Shown here: positions 28,128 to 41,027 of the stretch, in pieces | Layout of the letters: each line of letters begins with the position of its first letter | How positions within the stretch are numbered: position 1 is the first letter of the stretch | Assembly: GCA_951406725.2 (NCBI GenBank) | Contig: OX597827.1 | Coordinates: 46,252,001 to 46,316,000, forward strand | DNA: 64,000 bases | Source of the DNA: Octopus vulgaris | Taxonomy: Eukaryota | Reading direction: 5' to 3' | The notes under the pieces: model-generated | Databases searched by the model: none | The model's input: only the letters and a program-made list of their open reading frames with translations | Told to the model about the DNA's origin: nothing | Program-made: the position numbers and the translations under genes

Positions 28128-29133
28128 AGCCTCTCGGATAGTTCTTAATTACTGGTTATTCTTTACTTAAAAGCAGGCAATAACAAATCATCAAAGGTTT
28201 CAAGTAGTGCATTCTCCTGTGACTCAAAGACGTACTCTCCTTAGAATGCGAGCTGTACCTGTACACCTTGGCTCCTTCAGGTTATGCTGACTTTTACCTT
28301 TGGCTTTCAAACCTAACTTCCAGGCTATAAAGATCGAGATTGCATTTATCAGATTGTTGGTGTCCGTGATGTCAGTCCTGACATCACCAATTATATCATT
28401 TATCTTCCTGACCCATTCACTGAGTTTCTTTCTGTCTACTTTTTTAAACCCCGTATAAAAGTTCTGTTCACCAGAAGTCTAAATATCAATGATTTCATTT
28501 AAAATGGATATTTGCTCCTCGGTTCTCTCATCGCTTTCCTGATCAATAGTCTTAGCCTCATGCTCGTTTTCTTCCTTTAACTCCACTGCCATAGTTTCAC
28601 TATTTACATTCTCTTCCTCATCCTTCCGTTCACCGCTAGTCTTGCTATCCTTAAGCGCCCATCTCTTAATGCTTTCTAGTTCAACTGGAGATAACCATTC
28701 ATTCTTTCTGATGGCTCAAGCTTGGTCACACAGATTTTGTTCACTTATTTCAAATAGGCCTCTGTCCCTCCATGCCCTGTGCATTCTTTTCCTATATCCC
28801 TTCGCGGGTACTTCATTATCATTTCTCGGATTACCCAGAAAGTAGCACTCCATTACAACCACATTCACTTCTTTCGCCCACATTCTTTTAACAGTTGCTT
28901 GATGACGACTGGGCCCACGCTGCACGCCTGTGGGGCACTCGCCGAACGAGAGACCTTCACAAGGTGTTCCAGCCTCATTCACGCCGTTCTCATTTCTATT
29001 TTTATTTGTTATTTCAGCACACATAATAGGGGATAGTGAATTTTAGGTTGCACAACCACCATTATTATTATTGGCCCGAAATGTCCAATCGCATTCCTTT
29101 TACTTGGGTTCTTCTGGCATAGTGTTGTTCTTC

Positions 29134-29134
<1 letters not shown>
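28126..29134 (-). pseudogene. Internally deleted R4/Dong-clade non-LTR retrotransposon in (TAA)n
   Basis: The N-terminal motif WAKEVNVVVMECYF...GYRKRMHRAW...SEQNLCDQA is fused near 28260 to the C-terminal motif GTARILRRV. Both flanks are (TTA)n. Confidence 0.7.
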
Positions 29135-29203
<69 letters not shown>

Positions 29204-29381
29204 TGAAGTTACGTTGTGAGTTCAAATTCCGCCGAGGTTGACTTTGCCTTTCATCCTTTCGGGGTCGATAAATTAAGTACCAGTTACGCACTGGGGGTCG
29301 ATGTGATCGACTTAATACCTGTCTGTCCTTGTTTGTCCCCTCGAGGTCTAGCCCCTTGTGGGTAATAAAGAAATAATAATA

Positions 29382-29419
<38 letters not shown>

Positions 29420-29499
29420 CATCATCATCATCATCATCGTCATCGTCGTCATCGTCATCGTCATCATCATCATCATTATTATTATTGAGTACCATCAAA

Positions 29500-30562
29500 A
29501 TGACACAGGGGTACAATTATACGAATAATTATACAATTATACGAAAATCGTCATCTACAAATTGTTCATATCCATCTACAACGTCATCAACCGGTAGAAA
29601 GGCAAAAGTAACAAAACACCGCATTTTTAGACTAAAACTGTCGTCTTCGAGATATCTGCATTTTAGTCCTTCTAGCACGACATGCTTGCACACATTTTAT
29701 CCTAAATGAAACAAGCAGCATGTCAAATTCAACCCAAGAAACGATTCCAGAAATCCGTTATGGGCTGCTTTTTCGAAATCTATACTTATATTATCAGGTT
29801 CCTTATTCTGCATAAATTCGTTTATTTTGACAGAAAGTCAACTTTATGTGTCTTGACTTTTGTCAGAGAGCAATGCGAACAATCGTGAAGCATTATGAAT
29901 ATGAAGTATATATAACTGAAAAGATACACTAGAACCGTTCTTAAATGTTTCATCTGCTACCCAGTTCTTAGTATTCGTTTTGAATCTTCCATCCCGCTGT
30001 CATACTGTAAAAACGTTTCATCATTGTCAAGGTTGGAATATTCACTTGGAATAGAAAACCCAACATTTGTGAGTGGGGTGGCAGGACAGTTGGAACAACT
30101 TGCCGCCAACGTCTAATATTCCTATTAAGCTGTGCAAACGGAGGTATTAGCAACAATGTACAGTCATCTAAATTCTAAACTTCACTAGCGATAATTGAGC
30201 GAAGAGCATCACGAGATGAAATAGACTTTACTTTAATATTTGAAACTATTATTCTTGCATTTACCTCTGCAGCAGTTGAAGCGTGATTATGGATCCTAAT
30301 CTTCGTAAGATCTTTATAATTTTCATCTGTATGAAGTCTCGCCTTGCACACACGATTTTCGCACCTCCAGTATATCTTCAAACCATCTGTATTCTGCTTA
30401 TTTTTCGTGCATATATAATTTTCTTGATCGACCACTTTGATTTTTCCTTTTTCTGAAGTTATGATCTTGCAGGTAGTCATGTTGATGGGTAGGCGTATTG
30501 AATAAATTTAATTCGATTTGCTTGAAAATCTTTGTTCGTAAACTGTTCAGCGCAGATACTTA

Positions 30563-30620
<58 letters not shown>

Positions 30621-30884
30621 GAGAGAGAGAGAGAACGAGAGAGAGAGAGAGAGAGCGGCGGGGTGGAGGGTTAAAGAAAGGGGAAAAAATATCTAAAACT
30701 GTCCAACGGCAATTTTAATTCTAAAGGGATTGCTCTAAACTTGCCCTCGGAAATTACGTTTACGAGTATTTTGAAAGGAATTGGCCAGCGACGAATTGAC
30801 GTGGGGATGAATTGATCAACGACGAATTGACCGGGGACAAATTAACCGACGGCAAAATAACCGGGGACAAATTGTCCTAGCACC
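29500..30884 (-). pseudogene. Decayed Mutator-like (MULE) transposon with FLYWCH zinc finger
   Basis: ORF 30175-30480 has YWRCENRVCKARLHT...HNHA. The terminus GGTGCTAGGACAATTTGTCCCC is followed by ~15-bp-period subterminal repeats (30789-30877). Confidence 0.7.
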
Positions 30885-31469
30885 GAATTAAACAACCCCC
30901 CCTTGTAAGTAACCCAGATCAATGACGTTAGATTCTTCTTGTATACTTAATTACTTACGCATCGTCCAATACCATCTTACTCCTTCAAGTAAATGGGTAT
31001 ATTAACATATGAGTTTCATGTGCTGTAGTTTTATTTTCCAAGCTTTGATGTATGGTCTGTTAAAAGAAGACACTCGAACCCAAAGTGCCACGCACTGGGA
31101 CTGAACCCGGTACCATGTGGTTGGAGAAGCAAACTTCTAACGTCACAGCCATTCGTCCATAACGTCTGTGAACATGACCAGATTAGCAGTTTTACTCATT
31201 TTAGTCTAGAAATGGCTTATTAGGCAAATATTGGCATAAAACCAAAGGTTATGGTGGGTCCATCTAATGGCAGAACCAAGACCCAGTGTGACTCTCGCAT
31301 TCCGTGCAACCATTTTCCTTGTCTGATTCTGAGTGCTGTGCTCCATAGTACACGGCACTGCCCTACGGTGAGCGATCTTGAGCAAGATGTACCCAGGCAA
31401 ACTGTTTCAAGTTACTATTACATGGTCGTCTTAAAAGTGTATCTGTATCTCCTCTTATTTATACGTATA

Positions 31470-31681
31470 CATAGGCGTAGGAGTGGCTGTGTGGTAAGTA
31501 GCTTGCTTACCAACCACATGGTTCTGGGTTCAGTCCCGCTGCGTGACACCTTGGGCAAGTGTCTTCTACTATAGCCTCGAGCCGACCAAAGCCTTGTGAG
31601 TGGATTTGGTAGACGGAAACTGAAAGAAGCCCGTCGTATATATGTATATGTGTGTGTGCGTGTGTGTGTGTGTGTGTGTAT

Positions 31682-31724
<43 letters not shown>

Positions 31725-31930
31725 TGGCTGTGTTTGTCCCCCCCAACATCGCTTGACAACCGATGCTGGTGTGTTTACGTCGCCGTCACTTAGCGGTTCG
31801 GCTAAAGAGACCGTTAGAATAAGTACTAGGCTTACAAAGAATAAGTCCTGGGGTCGATTTACTCGTCTAAAGGCGGTGCTCCAGCATGACCACAGTCAAA
31901 TGACTGAAACAAGTAAAAGAGTAAAAGAGA
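31470..31930 (+). mobile_element. Full-length SINE (GTGGATTTGGTAGACGGAAACTG family)
   Basis: tRNA-like head, CCTTGGGCAAGTG, internal (TG)n and AGTAAAAG tail. Many copies occur in the window. Confidence 0.85.
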
Positions 31931-33202
31931 TATCACGTGATCACGTGACCGACCAGGCTGGTCACAATGTGCATTTGCATTGTTTTAGCCTTCAAATGAC
32001 GCCATGCCGCTAGCTAAGCGAGCAGGCCAACATTCCTTCTCCCTCCACTAGCCTGGTCGAAAGGGGAACTCGGGCAACGTGAAATGAAGTGTTTTGCTCA
32101 ATAACACAACGCACCGCCCAGTCAGGGAATCGAACTCACGGTCTGGCGACCGTGAGTGTAACAGCCTAACCACTAGGCCACGCAAAAAATATAATGCAAA
32201 AAATACACAGCGGCAATATGAATAACCTCATTGACCGCACGCACTGTTATGAGGTGCAGAACCTCGTCAGTGCTTATTGACGTCATACAAACCAAAACGG
32301 TGCTTGGGGCTGGCGAAGTCATATATACTACTCAGTGTGTTTCTTTTTGTTTGTTCGGGTTGACTCGGAGAGAGATTGTGTTTTTAGGATTTTCTGGTTG
32401 TAATGTTCTGGGAGTGCCGTTTATGCGTGTCTGTGTATTGTTCAGAGACCTATCTAGAGGTAAGCTGTCCAGAGGTAAGTTTTCATTTAGTGACAAGGGT
32501 AATCAGGGTTTAACTTTTGCTGCGATAACAAACTGTGTTTCACATAGCCAGGTGTTGTGGGAGGATTCCGACCACGCCGCGAGTGACTAAAAGTGGACTG
32601 ACACATTGCTATAATATAAGGAACAGACAGCAGTTCAGGGGTGAGCTACTGATTAGAAGCAGTTCACTGTGAGCCGTTGATTCAGAGTGTTGACTCAGAG
32701 CCGTTGACTCAGAGCGTTTAAGCTCCTATAACAGTAATCGTAGTGCGTCGTGTTAATACTTTCCTTCCCTCTGCTTCGCTAAATTATTTATCCAAGACCA
32801 GGATGTAAAACCAGGTGACTTTTCATTTTTGTTTTCTTTTTTTAGTATTTCTGTTTCGTTATGTCTGTGTGTGAGTGGTCTGTGTACAACTAGTGATGAT
32901 ACGCAGTGCAGCATTCCTTTGTGTTTCTTTTCTTTTCTTTTTGGGACAGAATGATAACCGAACATGAGTGGTTTAATCCAAATGGATTTAATATCTTTGT
33001 CTTACACATTATTGTCTATTTGTTGACCAGATGTGACACTGTAAGTACTTTGAATATGTTTGTGTGTCGTTTTGTTTTCTTTACTTTGCTTTCTCGGTGT
33101 GCTGTGAATGGTGCAGATATGTTTATGTAACCCCCTAGTAAATTTATCATCTGTACCACACGTACACATTTTATGCGACTAAGTGTGATTGTTGGTTATA
33201 TC

Positions 33203-33400
33203 TAAGGCGGTGAACTGGCAGAATCGTTAGCACGCCGGGCGAAATGCTTAGCGGTATTTCGTCTGCCGCTACGTTCTGAGGGCAAATTCCGCCGAGGTCG
33301 ACTTTGCCTTTCATCCTTTCGGGGCCTATAAATTAAGTACTAGCCGTCGACTAGTCCCCTCCCCATAAATTTCAGGCCCTGTGCCTCTAGTAGAAAGGAT
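33203..33400 (+). mobile_element. Nin/Deu-like SINE, full length
   Basis: AAGGCGGTGAACTGGCAGAATCGTTAGC head plus the conserved domain. Confidence 0.8.
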
Positions 33401-33498
33401 ATTTGACGCTCAATTTGCAATGTTGTAAAATGGGGGTTCGTGGATATTTAATAGGTGCTTTTATATAAATCTAATAAATGATAATGCGCACGGAAAAC

Positions 33499-33995
33499 AA
33501 TGATGTACATATTCAATCTTAATACATTCCGGCAGATTCGAACGTGAATTTGCTGATCGCTGTTGTTTGTTTATCTACGGAAAAACGACTTTTCCTTTCA
33601 AACAATCATCTTTCACCAAACTCTCAATCATTGAGGTAAGGGGAATTTGAAGCATCGTGGTGTTTTGACCTTGTTACATCTCTTCAGTCAAAGCTATTCC
33701 CGGCTCAATAATGCTAAACAAAATCTATGGCTTTCGTTTATAGAGATCAACAAACAAGCTGTTTTCTGATGCGTGCTGATGTCTCTTTAATTTCATTGAT
33801 CCAGGTGTAGCTTTTACTGAAGAGACACAACCATGGCAAAATACCGCAGTGTCTCAAAGTTCCCTTTACCTCAATGAATTGAGTGTGCTGTGAACATCTA
33901 TTGTCTGAAAGGAAAAGCAAACGAAATACAACAGCGATTAGCATGTTCCCATTCGAATCTGTCAGAATGTATTAAGAATGATTATGTATGTCATT
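33499..33995 (+). other. Long imperfect fold-back (candidate structured RNA)
   Basis: Arms ~33499-33710 and ~33793-33995 pair along their length, with bulges and many G.U pairs on the + strand. Confidence 0.8.
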
Positions 33996-34079
33996 ATTCT
34001 GCGTATGTTGTTGTGAAGCTTGGTTTCTTGGTGATAGAAGTAGGATAGGAGTAAGTTATGCAACAGTATCTGTAATCGT

Positions 34080-34493
34080 GGCGGCGAGGAGGCAGAAACG
34101 TTAGCACGCCGGGCGAAATGCGTAGCCGTATTTCGTCTGCCGTTACATTCTGAGTCAAATTCCGCCGAGGTTGACTCTGCTTTTCATCCTTTCGGGGTCG
34201 ATAAATTAAGTACCAGTTACGTACTGGGGTCGATGTAATAGACTTAATCTGTTTGTCTGTCCTTGTTTGTCCCTTCTGTGTTTAGCCTCTTGTGGGTAGT
34301 AAAGAAATAAGTATTTCGTCTGCCGTTACGTTCTGAATTCAAATTCCGCCGAGGTCGACTCTGCCTTTCATCCTTTCGGGGTCGATAAATTAAGTACCAG
34401 TTACGCACTGGGGTCGATATAATCAACTTAATCCCTTTATATGTCATTGTTTCTCCCTTCTATGTTTAGCCCCTTGTGGGTAATAAAGAAATA
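34080..34493 (+). mobile_element. Dimeric Nin/Deu-like SINE with ~45-bp flanking direct repeat
   Basis: Direct repeat at 34036-34081 and 34494-34538. Confidence 0.8.
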
Positions 34494-34539
34494 AGAAGTA
34501 GGATATGAGTAGTTATGCAGCAGTATCTGTAATCGTGGA

Positions 34540-34709
34540 AGCGTGCGGCTTTCCTTTGCAGCCCCACGATTGCTTACGAACCACATGATTCCGGGTTCAG
34601 TCCCATGGCGTGGCATCTTGGGCAAGTGTCTTCTACTATAGCCTCGGGCCGACCAAAGCCTTGTGAGTGGATTTGGTAGACGGAAACTGAAAAAAGCCCG
34701 TCCTATATA

Positions 34710-34766
<57 letters not shown>

Positions 34767-34965
34767 TTATGTTTGTGTGACTGTGTTTGTCCCCCCAACA
34801 TTGCTTGACAACCGATGCTGGTGTCAGTAAAAGAGACTGATAGAAAAAGTACTAGGCTTACAAAGAATAAGTCCTGGGGTCGATTTACTCGACTAAAAGC
34901 GGTGCTCCAGCATGGCCGCAGTCAAATGACTGAAACAAGTAAAAGAGTAAAAAGTAAAAAAAGAG
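34540..34965 (+). mobile_element. SINE (GTGGATTTGGTAGACGGAAACTG family)
   Basis: Homologous to 31470-31930. Confidence 0.8.
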
Positions 34966-35559
34966 TAATTTTGTATGTAAGCGGAAAACAAAGGCGAAAG
35001 TCGAAGCTTTGGTGATGTCAGTGGTTGTTAGAATGATACGTGTAGCAGGCATCTTTTATTGTTGAAACTGTCATGTAATCCTATGTTAGGTTTTGTGTGT
35101 AGTTTAGTGGTCGAACGTAATTGATTTGAATCTGTGTTTTATTTGGAGAGGGGAAAGGTGTAGTGAGCTAATGATGTCAAGGATACCGGCCGTTCTAAAA
35201 TTGTTGGGTGTCGTACATAGGTGAGTGATGTGTTTGCATGATGTCATTTCAACCGGATTTTTGTTGGACTTTATAGGCTGACATGCCTATGTGACCACCT
35301 CAAATTCTCACATATTATTTAGAAATATAATAATTATCATCCCTCAAAATCGACAAGCGTAAAAGCTGCACATTTTATTCGAAATTGAGAAAATGTTGGA
35401 AAAATAAGTAACTTTCCAGAATAACCGTAAACCAACCAGCATGGTCGTTTAATTTGCGTTTTGGAAGATGATTCCTGTGTCGACCTATCATGTGCCTTGT
35501 TGCATTCACCGCTCACAGCACAAGATGGCGGTGCACATGTGGTTTTCGTTGTCTTCTGA

Positions 35560-38032
35560 TCTCCCTCTCAAATGTGGACTTCGCATTGACATAAGCAACC
35601 CTTGCTAAGCTTCATGCTGATTGTCCCTCTTCCTCTTTCACAGAATTTGTAAAGGGAGAAGAATTTCAGACTGTGGCATCTTCCTATCATTCGTTTGTGA
35701 AACAACATTCAGCCAAAGATCCAACGTTCGCTCTGTGATCAAGCTACATTGAGATGGTTGAAATCATCCTTTTATTTATACGTGCTACACAACAAGGAGA
35801 TTGGGAATTACACCTTTCTTCTACTCAGTTTCCTTCCCTGGTTCCTTGCATACGACCGTACCAATTATGCCAGATATTTTACAGTTTATAGGCATGAGAT
35901 GAGTCAACTACCTGACAGTCATCCACAAATTCATGAGGTCTTCATGCAAGGAAAGTTTGCTTTCCATCGCCAGACCGACCACGGATTCTGCGGAGTTGCT
36001 TGTGATCAGACAATAGAGCAAACATGCAAAAGAGACAAAAAGCAAAAGGTGGCATGATTGGATTCACAAGGAACAAAGGTGCAGTTGCCTGTTGGATTCT
36101 TTCCCAACATGAGCGAAGTGCTATCAGCAAACATTGTGAAGAGATGACAGGGAAAGATGACAGATCCACAGAAAAAAGGGGTCTTAATGTGGCCAACATG
36201 GAAAAATATGAAGAAGATATCAGTAGAGGCCATGATCAGTCTGTTCCAGGAAAATACCGAAGAACTCGTGCATATTGCATGAGGAGTATTAGCTTCCATA
36301 GATGTCTGTGATGACTATATTTCTGCGTACGCAAGTGGAGATGATGCTTTCAAGGCATTTTGCTAAGAACGTTTACAAGGAGATGGAGACTTGTTCAAGG
36401 TCCTCAAAAAGCAGGAAAGGAAGAAAATCTTCATAACAATGCGCAAAGCTTCAACAACCAAAGTAAAGGGCAAAGAAGTTACAATAAAAGCTGATCGCAA
36501 TCTGTTTCAACTTTTGGTTGTTATTGCCGGAGTAAGGAAACTTGATCTCCGAAACATGATTATGTATAATCTTGGCCCTTTCCCAATTGCCCTTGTCACA
36601 GTTGATAGTTCATTGACCAAAAGCAACTCTTCTTCATTCTATTGAGTCCAGTGTTGAGCCTGCACCAGCTGTTAAAGGTATTCCATTGGGTAGTGTGTGG
36701 ATGGTAGATGCGATGTCAATGCTGCAGAGAAATTCCCCAAATGGTTGTGCCAGGTACATTCGGTGAACTTTCAGAATATGTAGTCAAACAGCTTATTCAC
36801 CTTACGCACATTGCACACAGCGATACTGTTCACTTGTTCACTTTGAGAGAGACACCTACCGAACAGTGAGCATCAAGGCAGCAGAGCGAGGAAGACGAGC
36901 TGCAAGTGGAAGCCAACTCAGCAAGATCTATGGTCGAGAGCAAAAAGTGCCCAATCAATGGAAAAAATTTTTGTCATGCAGTCAAAACAAAGAAGCCCTA
37001 ATTCGGTTCTTCATCAAGATGTGGCAGGAACACCCAACCTTGCTTCATGATGTCAAAGTTGTCATGGCTCATGATGAAGAACGTCTTTTGCTGCAGAGTG
37101 TAGATAGCAGTCAAGATACAAGCTGTAAAGGAACTTGAATGCAACCATGAAGAAGCAGACACCAGGCTATTCATGCATTGCCAATATGCTGCTGCATCTC
37201 TCCCTTCAGGTTTGAGCAGTACACCAGCAATCATTATAAAGAACCCAGACATCGATGTTTTCGTTATAGGCATAGCAAAGGCTCATCAAATTCAGGTCCA
37301 GCTGCTCTTTCACAATGGTAGAGGCAACAACAAGCGTACACTTGATCTAACAGCTATACGAAATCATCTCGGAGACTATGTTGCAGATGCTCTCATCGGC
37401 TTTCATTGTTTTACAGGCTGTGACTCAACAAGCTGTTTCTATGGCCAGTCTAAGAAGAAAGCCTTGAAGCTCATGACTGAATCTATTGATTTTTTCAAGC
37501 AGCCTTTCAACAATTTAGTTCAACATTCTCTGTAGATGGTCTGATACACACAGTGGAGAAATTTGTTTGTAGACTGTATGATCAAGATTGTTCGAGTATC
37601 AATACAGCTCGATATAACAAGTTCTTGATGGGCACTAAAGTAGAGATGTGCATGCCTTCCACACATGATGCCATGGTGAAACACCTGATGAGGACAAACT
37701 ACCAAGCAGGGGTATATACTAGATGTCTTGAACAGTTTCCCAGTATCCCCAGCCCACACAACCATAGATGGAAAGTAACAGATACCACTAAAGAGGTAGT
37801 GTGGGGTGATCTTCCACCTGCACCAAGTGCTCTCCTTGAGCTTACTTATTGCAGTTGCAAGATGAATAGCTGTGAGGAACCCAAAGGTGAAGGAAAGGGT
37901 CGGTGCTCGTGTCGACGGCACAAGGTAACATGCACGGATCTGTGTAGATGCATTAATTGCCAAAATTTAGCTCAAGCAGGAAATGATGTGGAAGGTGATG
38001 AGGATGATACAGACAATGAGGAAGAAGACTAG
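35560..38032 (+). pseudogene. Decayed Academ (AcademX-type) transposase: transposase + XPG/FEN1-like nuclease + Cys-rich finger
   Basis: Collinear frameshifted fragments: AYDRTNYARY, VACDQTIEQT, HEEADTRL (37146), PDIDVFVI, FTGCDSTSCFYG and C-terminal CSC...C...CSC...CTDLCRCINCQN. Confidence 0.75.
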
Positions 38033-38751
38033 AGGTGTGAGAGCTCACCTCAAATGAGAATGTTGACTTGGATTATCTGTAAATTTCAATTTTTATTTGT
38101 TTTCATATTCCTGCACCAAATTCATTACAAGCATGGTTTGTCACTTCTCCAATGAGATACAGAAGTGAATTCCCATATTTAAACCCACAATATTATTTTA
38201 CAAACATTTTCATCCTGCATTAACTGAAAATGTATATGATGTTAGACACAGCTTTGAAATGATGCCAGATGTAGGTATCAAGTGCATTTATCATGCCGAA
38301 CATGGACAATGCAACCTGGTCATATAACACACTGCTTTGGGACCTTTGAATTTATTTGATTCAATTTATGCAGTCATTAATAAGCTACCAACTTAAAGTG
38401 TTGTTAATGAAGACAAACTGAAAATGGATATCAGTAACTATTTTATGTCGCATATGTCAAATGTCGAAGTTATTTATAGTAAAGCAAACTGGAATCAATA
38501 TTACGTGTGTGGATACTTTTATCGTTTCTCAAAATTTTCTGTTTGGAATGAAGAGATGTGGAGTGAGAGAGAGAGGGGGGGTCTGTGTGTTCATGTACGC
38601 GTATGTGTGTGTGTATGCATACATGCAAGAAATTGAGAGAGAGAGAGCGTAAGAGACAGAGGTACGGACATGAGAGAAGAGGCTAAGGGCAGAAGAATAA
38701 AGAGTAAGACAGGTTTCTTTGGTTTTGTTAATATTACAAGTATTAGTAGGA

Positions 38752-39130
38752 GCACTCCGCCGGTTACGACGACGAGGGTTCCAGTTGATCCGATCAACGG
38801 AACAGCCTGCTCGTGAAATTAACGTGTAAGTGGCTGAGCGCTCCACAGACACGTGTAGCCTTAATGTAGTTCTCGGGGATATTCAGCGTGACACAGAGAG
38901 TGACAAGACCGGCCCTTTGAAATACAGGTACAACAGAAACAGGAAGTAAGCGTGAGAGAAAGTTGTGGTGAAAGAGTACAGCAGGGATCACCACCATCCC
39001 CTGTCGGAGCCTCGTGGAGCTTTAGGTGTTTTCGCTCAATAAACACTCACAACGCCCGGTCTGGGAATCGAAACCGCGATCCTACGACCGCAAGTCCGCT
39101 GCCCTAACTACTGGGCCATTGCGCCTCCAC
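38752..39130 (-). mobile_element. Full-length tRNA-derived SINE (tail type B)
   Basis: Reverse complement starts GTGGAGGCGCAATGGCCCAGTAGTTAGGGCAGCGGAC...GGTTTCGATTCCC. Confidence 0.85.
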
Positions 39131-39904
39131 ATTACAAGTATTATTGTTATTATTATCATCATCATCATTATTATTATTTTTAAAGATTACTACATGTATT
39201 TCTTAACATTCGACATGCTTCAGAGGTGAGACAAAATTTACCCTTCATAACCCCCCCCCCCCCCTTCCCCATTCCTATTTAATTTAAATGGTTTGCAAAC
39301 GTGTCTCAGTAAGTGAAAATATTTCAAGTAAAAACCCAGAAAAAGACCCTCTAATAGTATGTAAATTTAAGTTCATAATCTTATTTATTCTGAAATCAGA
39401 TTTGTTTCAACATTCTGTACATCACAATCTTTCATTCAGAACAAAAAAAAAGCAGTCTAAATACAAACGCCATTGGCCTAGTTTCCAATTTTGAACTCAA
39501 GAGGGCGACAGACATAACTATGAAATATTAAACGTATGATAACTCAATAATGTGTACTTTTCACGCTTGACGGGTTTGTGTGGTTGTTATTCATATTTTT
39601 TTTTCTCTACTGTTGTGCAAAAGTTCATGTAATTACCACGTGGTGGTCACAAAAAACAAAAAACTAGAACAACTTTAGATGTCTGCATCCCGGCCTATTA
39701 GTAGTGTTATGATTTTGCCGGCTTCTGCCAGTAGTAGTATTAGTAGTGGTAGTGTGGAGGCGCAATGGCCAGTGGTTAGGGCAGCGGACTCGCGTCATAG
39801 GATCGCGGTTTCGATTCCCGGATTGGGCGTTGTGTGTGTTTATTGAGCGAAGTACCGGCAGGGTTTTGTGGTTAACCCTGCTGTACTCTTTCACCACAAC
39901 TTTC

Positions 39905-39920
39905 TCTCAGCAGCAGCAGC

Positions 39921-39952
<32 letters not shown>

Positions 39953-40227
39953 CAGCAGCAACAACAGTAGTGGTAGTAGTAGTAGTAGTAGTAGTAGCAG
40001 CAGCAACAACAGTAGTGGTAGTGGTATAGTAGTAGTAGCAACAGCAGTAGTAGTGGTGGTGGTGGTGATAGTAGTAGTAGCAGCAACAGCAGTGGTAGTG
40101 GTGGTGGTGGTAGTAGTAGTAGCAGCAACAGCAGTGGTAGTGGTGATGGTGGTAGTAGTAGTAGCAACAGCAGCAGCATCAGTAGTAGTGATAGTAGTAG
40201 TAGTAGCAGCAGCAACAGTAGCAGTAC

Positions 40228-40259
<32 letters not shown>

Positions 40260-40260
40260 T
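39905..40260. repeat. Compound (TAG/CAG/TGG)n repeat
   Basis: Directly visible. Confidence 0.95.
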
Positions 40261-41027
40261 AGTCCTTGATGTTTTTTCCTCCCCAGGTCAATACACTTAT
40301 GAACAAATATACTCTAGCCGTGACTATGTTAATTTTTTAACCTCCCCCCCCCCCCAAACCCAAGTTTTCTTTTCCGGGGTACTTTTTTGAAAGGGAGATT
40401 TGACTGCTACTTCCAGCGGATCAATGGATCACAGGCGTTCCTTTATTGTGGTGATTCTCTCAAATTCTGGTCTTTTAGATGCATGTTAGTTGTTTTAGGG
40501 TTCTTCAAGCTTTTTAGATTTCCCTATTGACTGGTTAGGAAAAAGATCGATTAGAATTGTGTTGAAGATGGAAAGCGCTCGTTCCTGTGTTCCTGTCCCC
40601 TGTATTTGTATTTTAGGGGTCTGATTTACGAGAAACTTCGTATAAAGACGTTTGCTTGGTCCCGGAGTATGACTTATGATATTCAAAGTCGTTACTGTGA
40701 CATGGATTATGATCTGTCCGTTATTGTTGTTGTTGTTGATTAGGCTAATTAATATAATTGCTGCTTGTTACCTTACAATTCATGACAAAGCAGAATATTT
40801 TCATTGAAAACTAAAGTCAGTTTTGAAAGCTAACACAACAGAAATAAGACTCTGTATAAAACGTCTAAACAAAAATTGGCAAAATAAAATAAACCATGCC
40901 TTGCATCCTTTCGAGGTCAATAAAATAAATACCAGTTGAGTACTGGGGTCGATGTAATCGACGTACCCCCTGCCCCTGATTTCATGTTTTGTACCTACAG
41001 TAGAAAGGAGTTTTGTTATCATTACTA

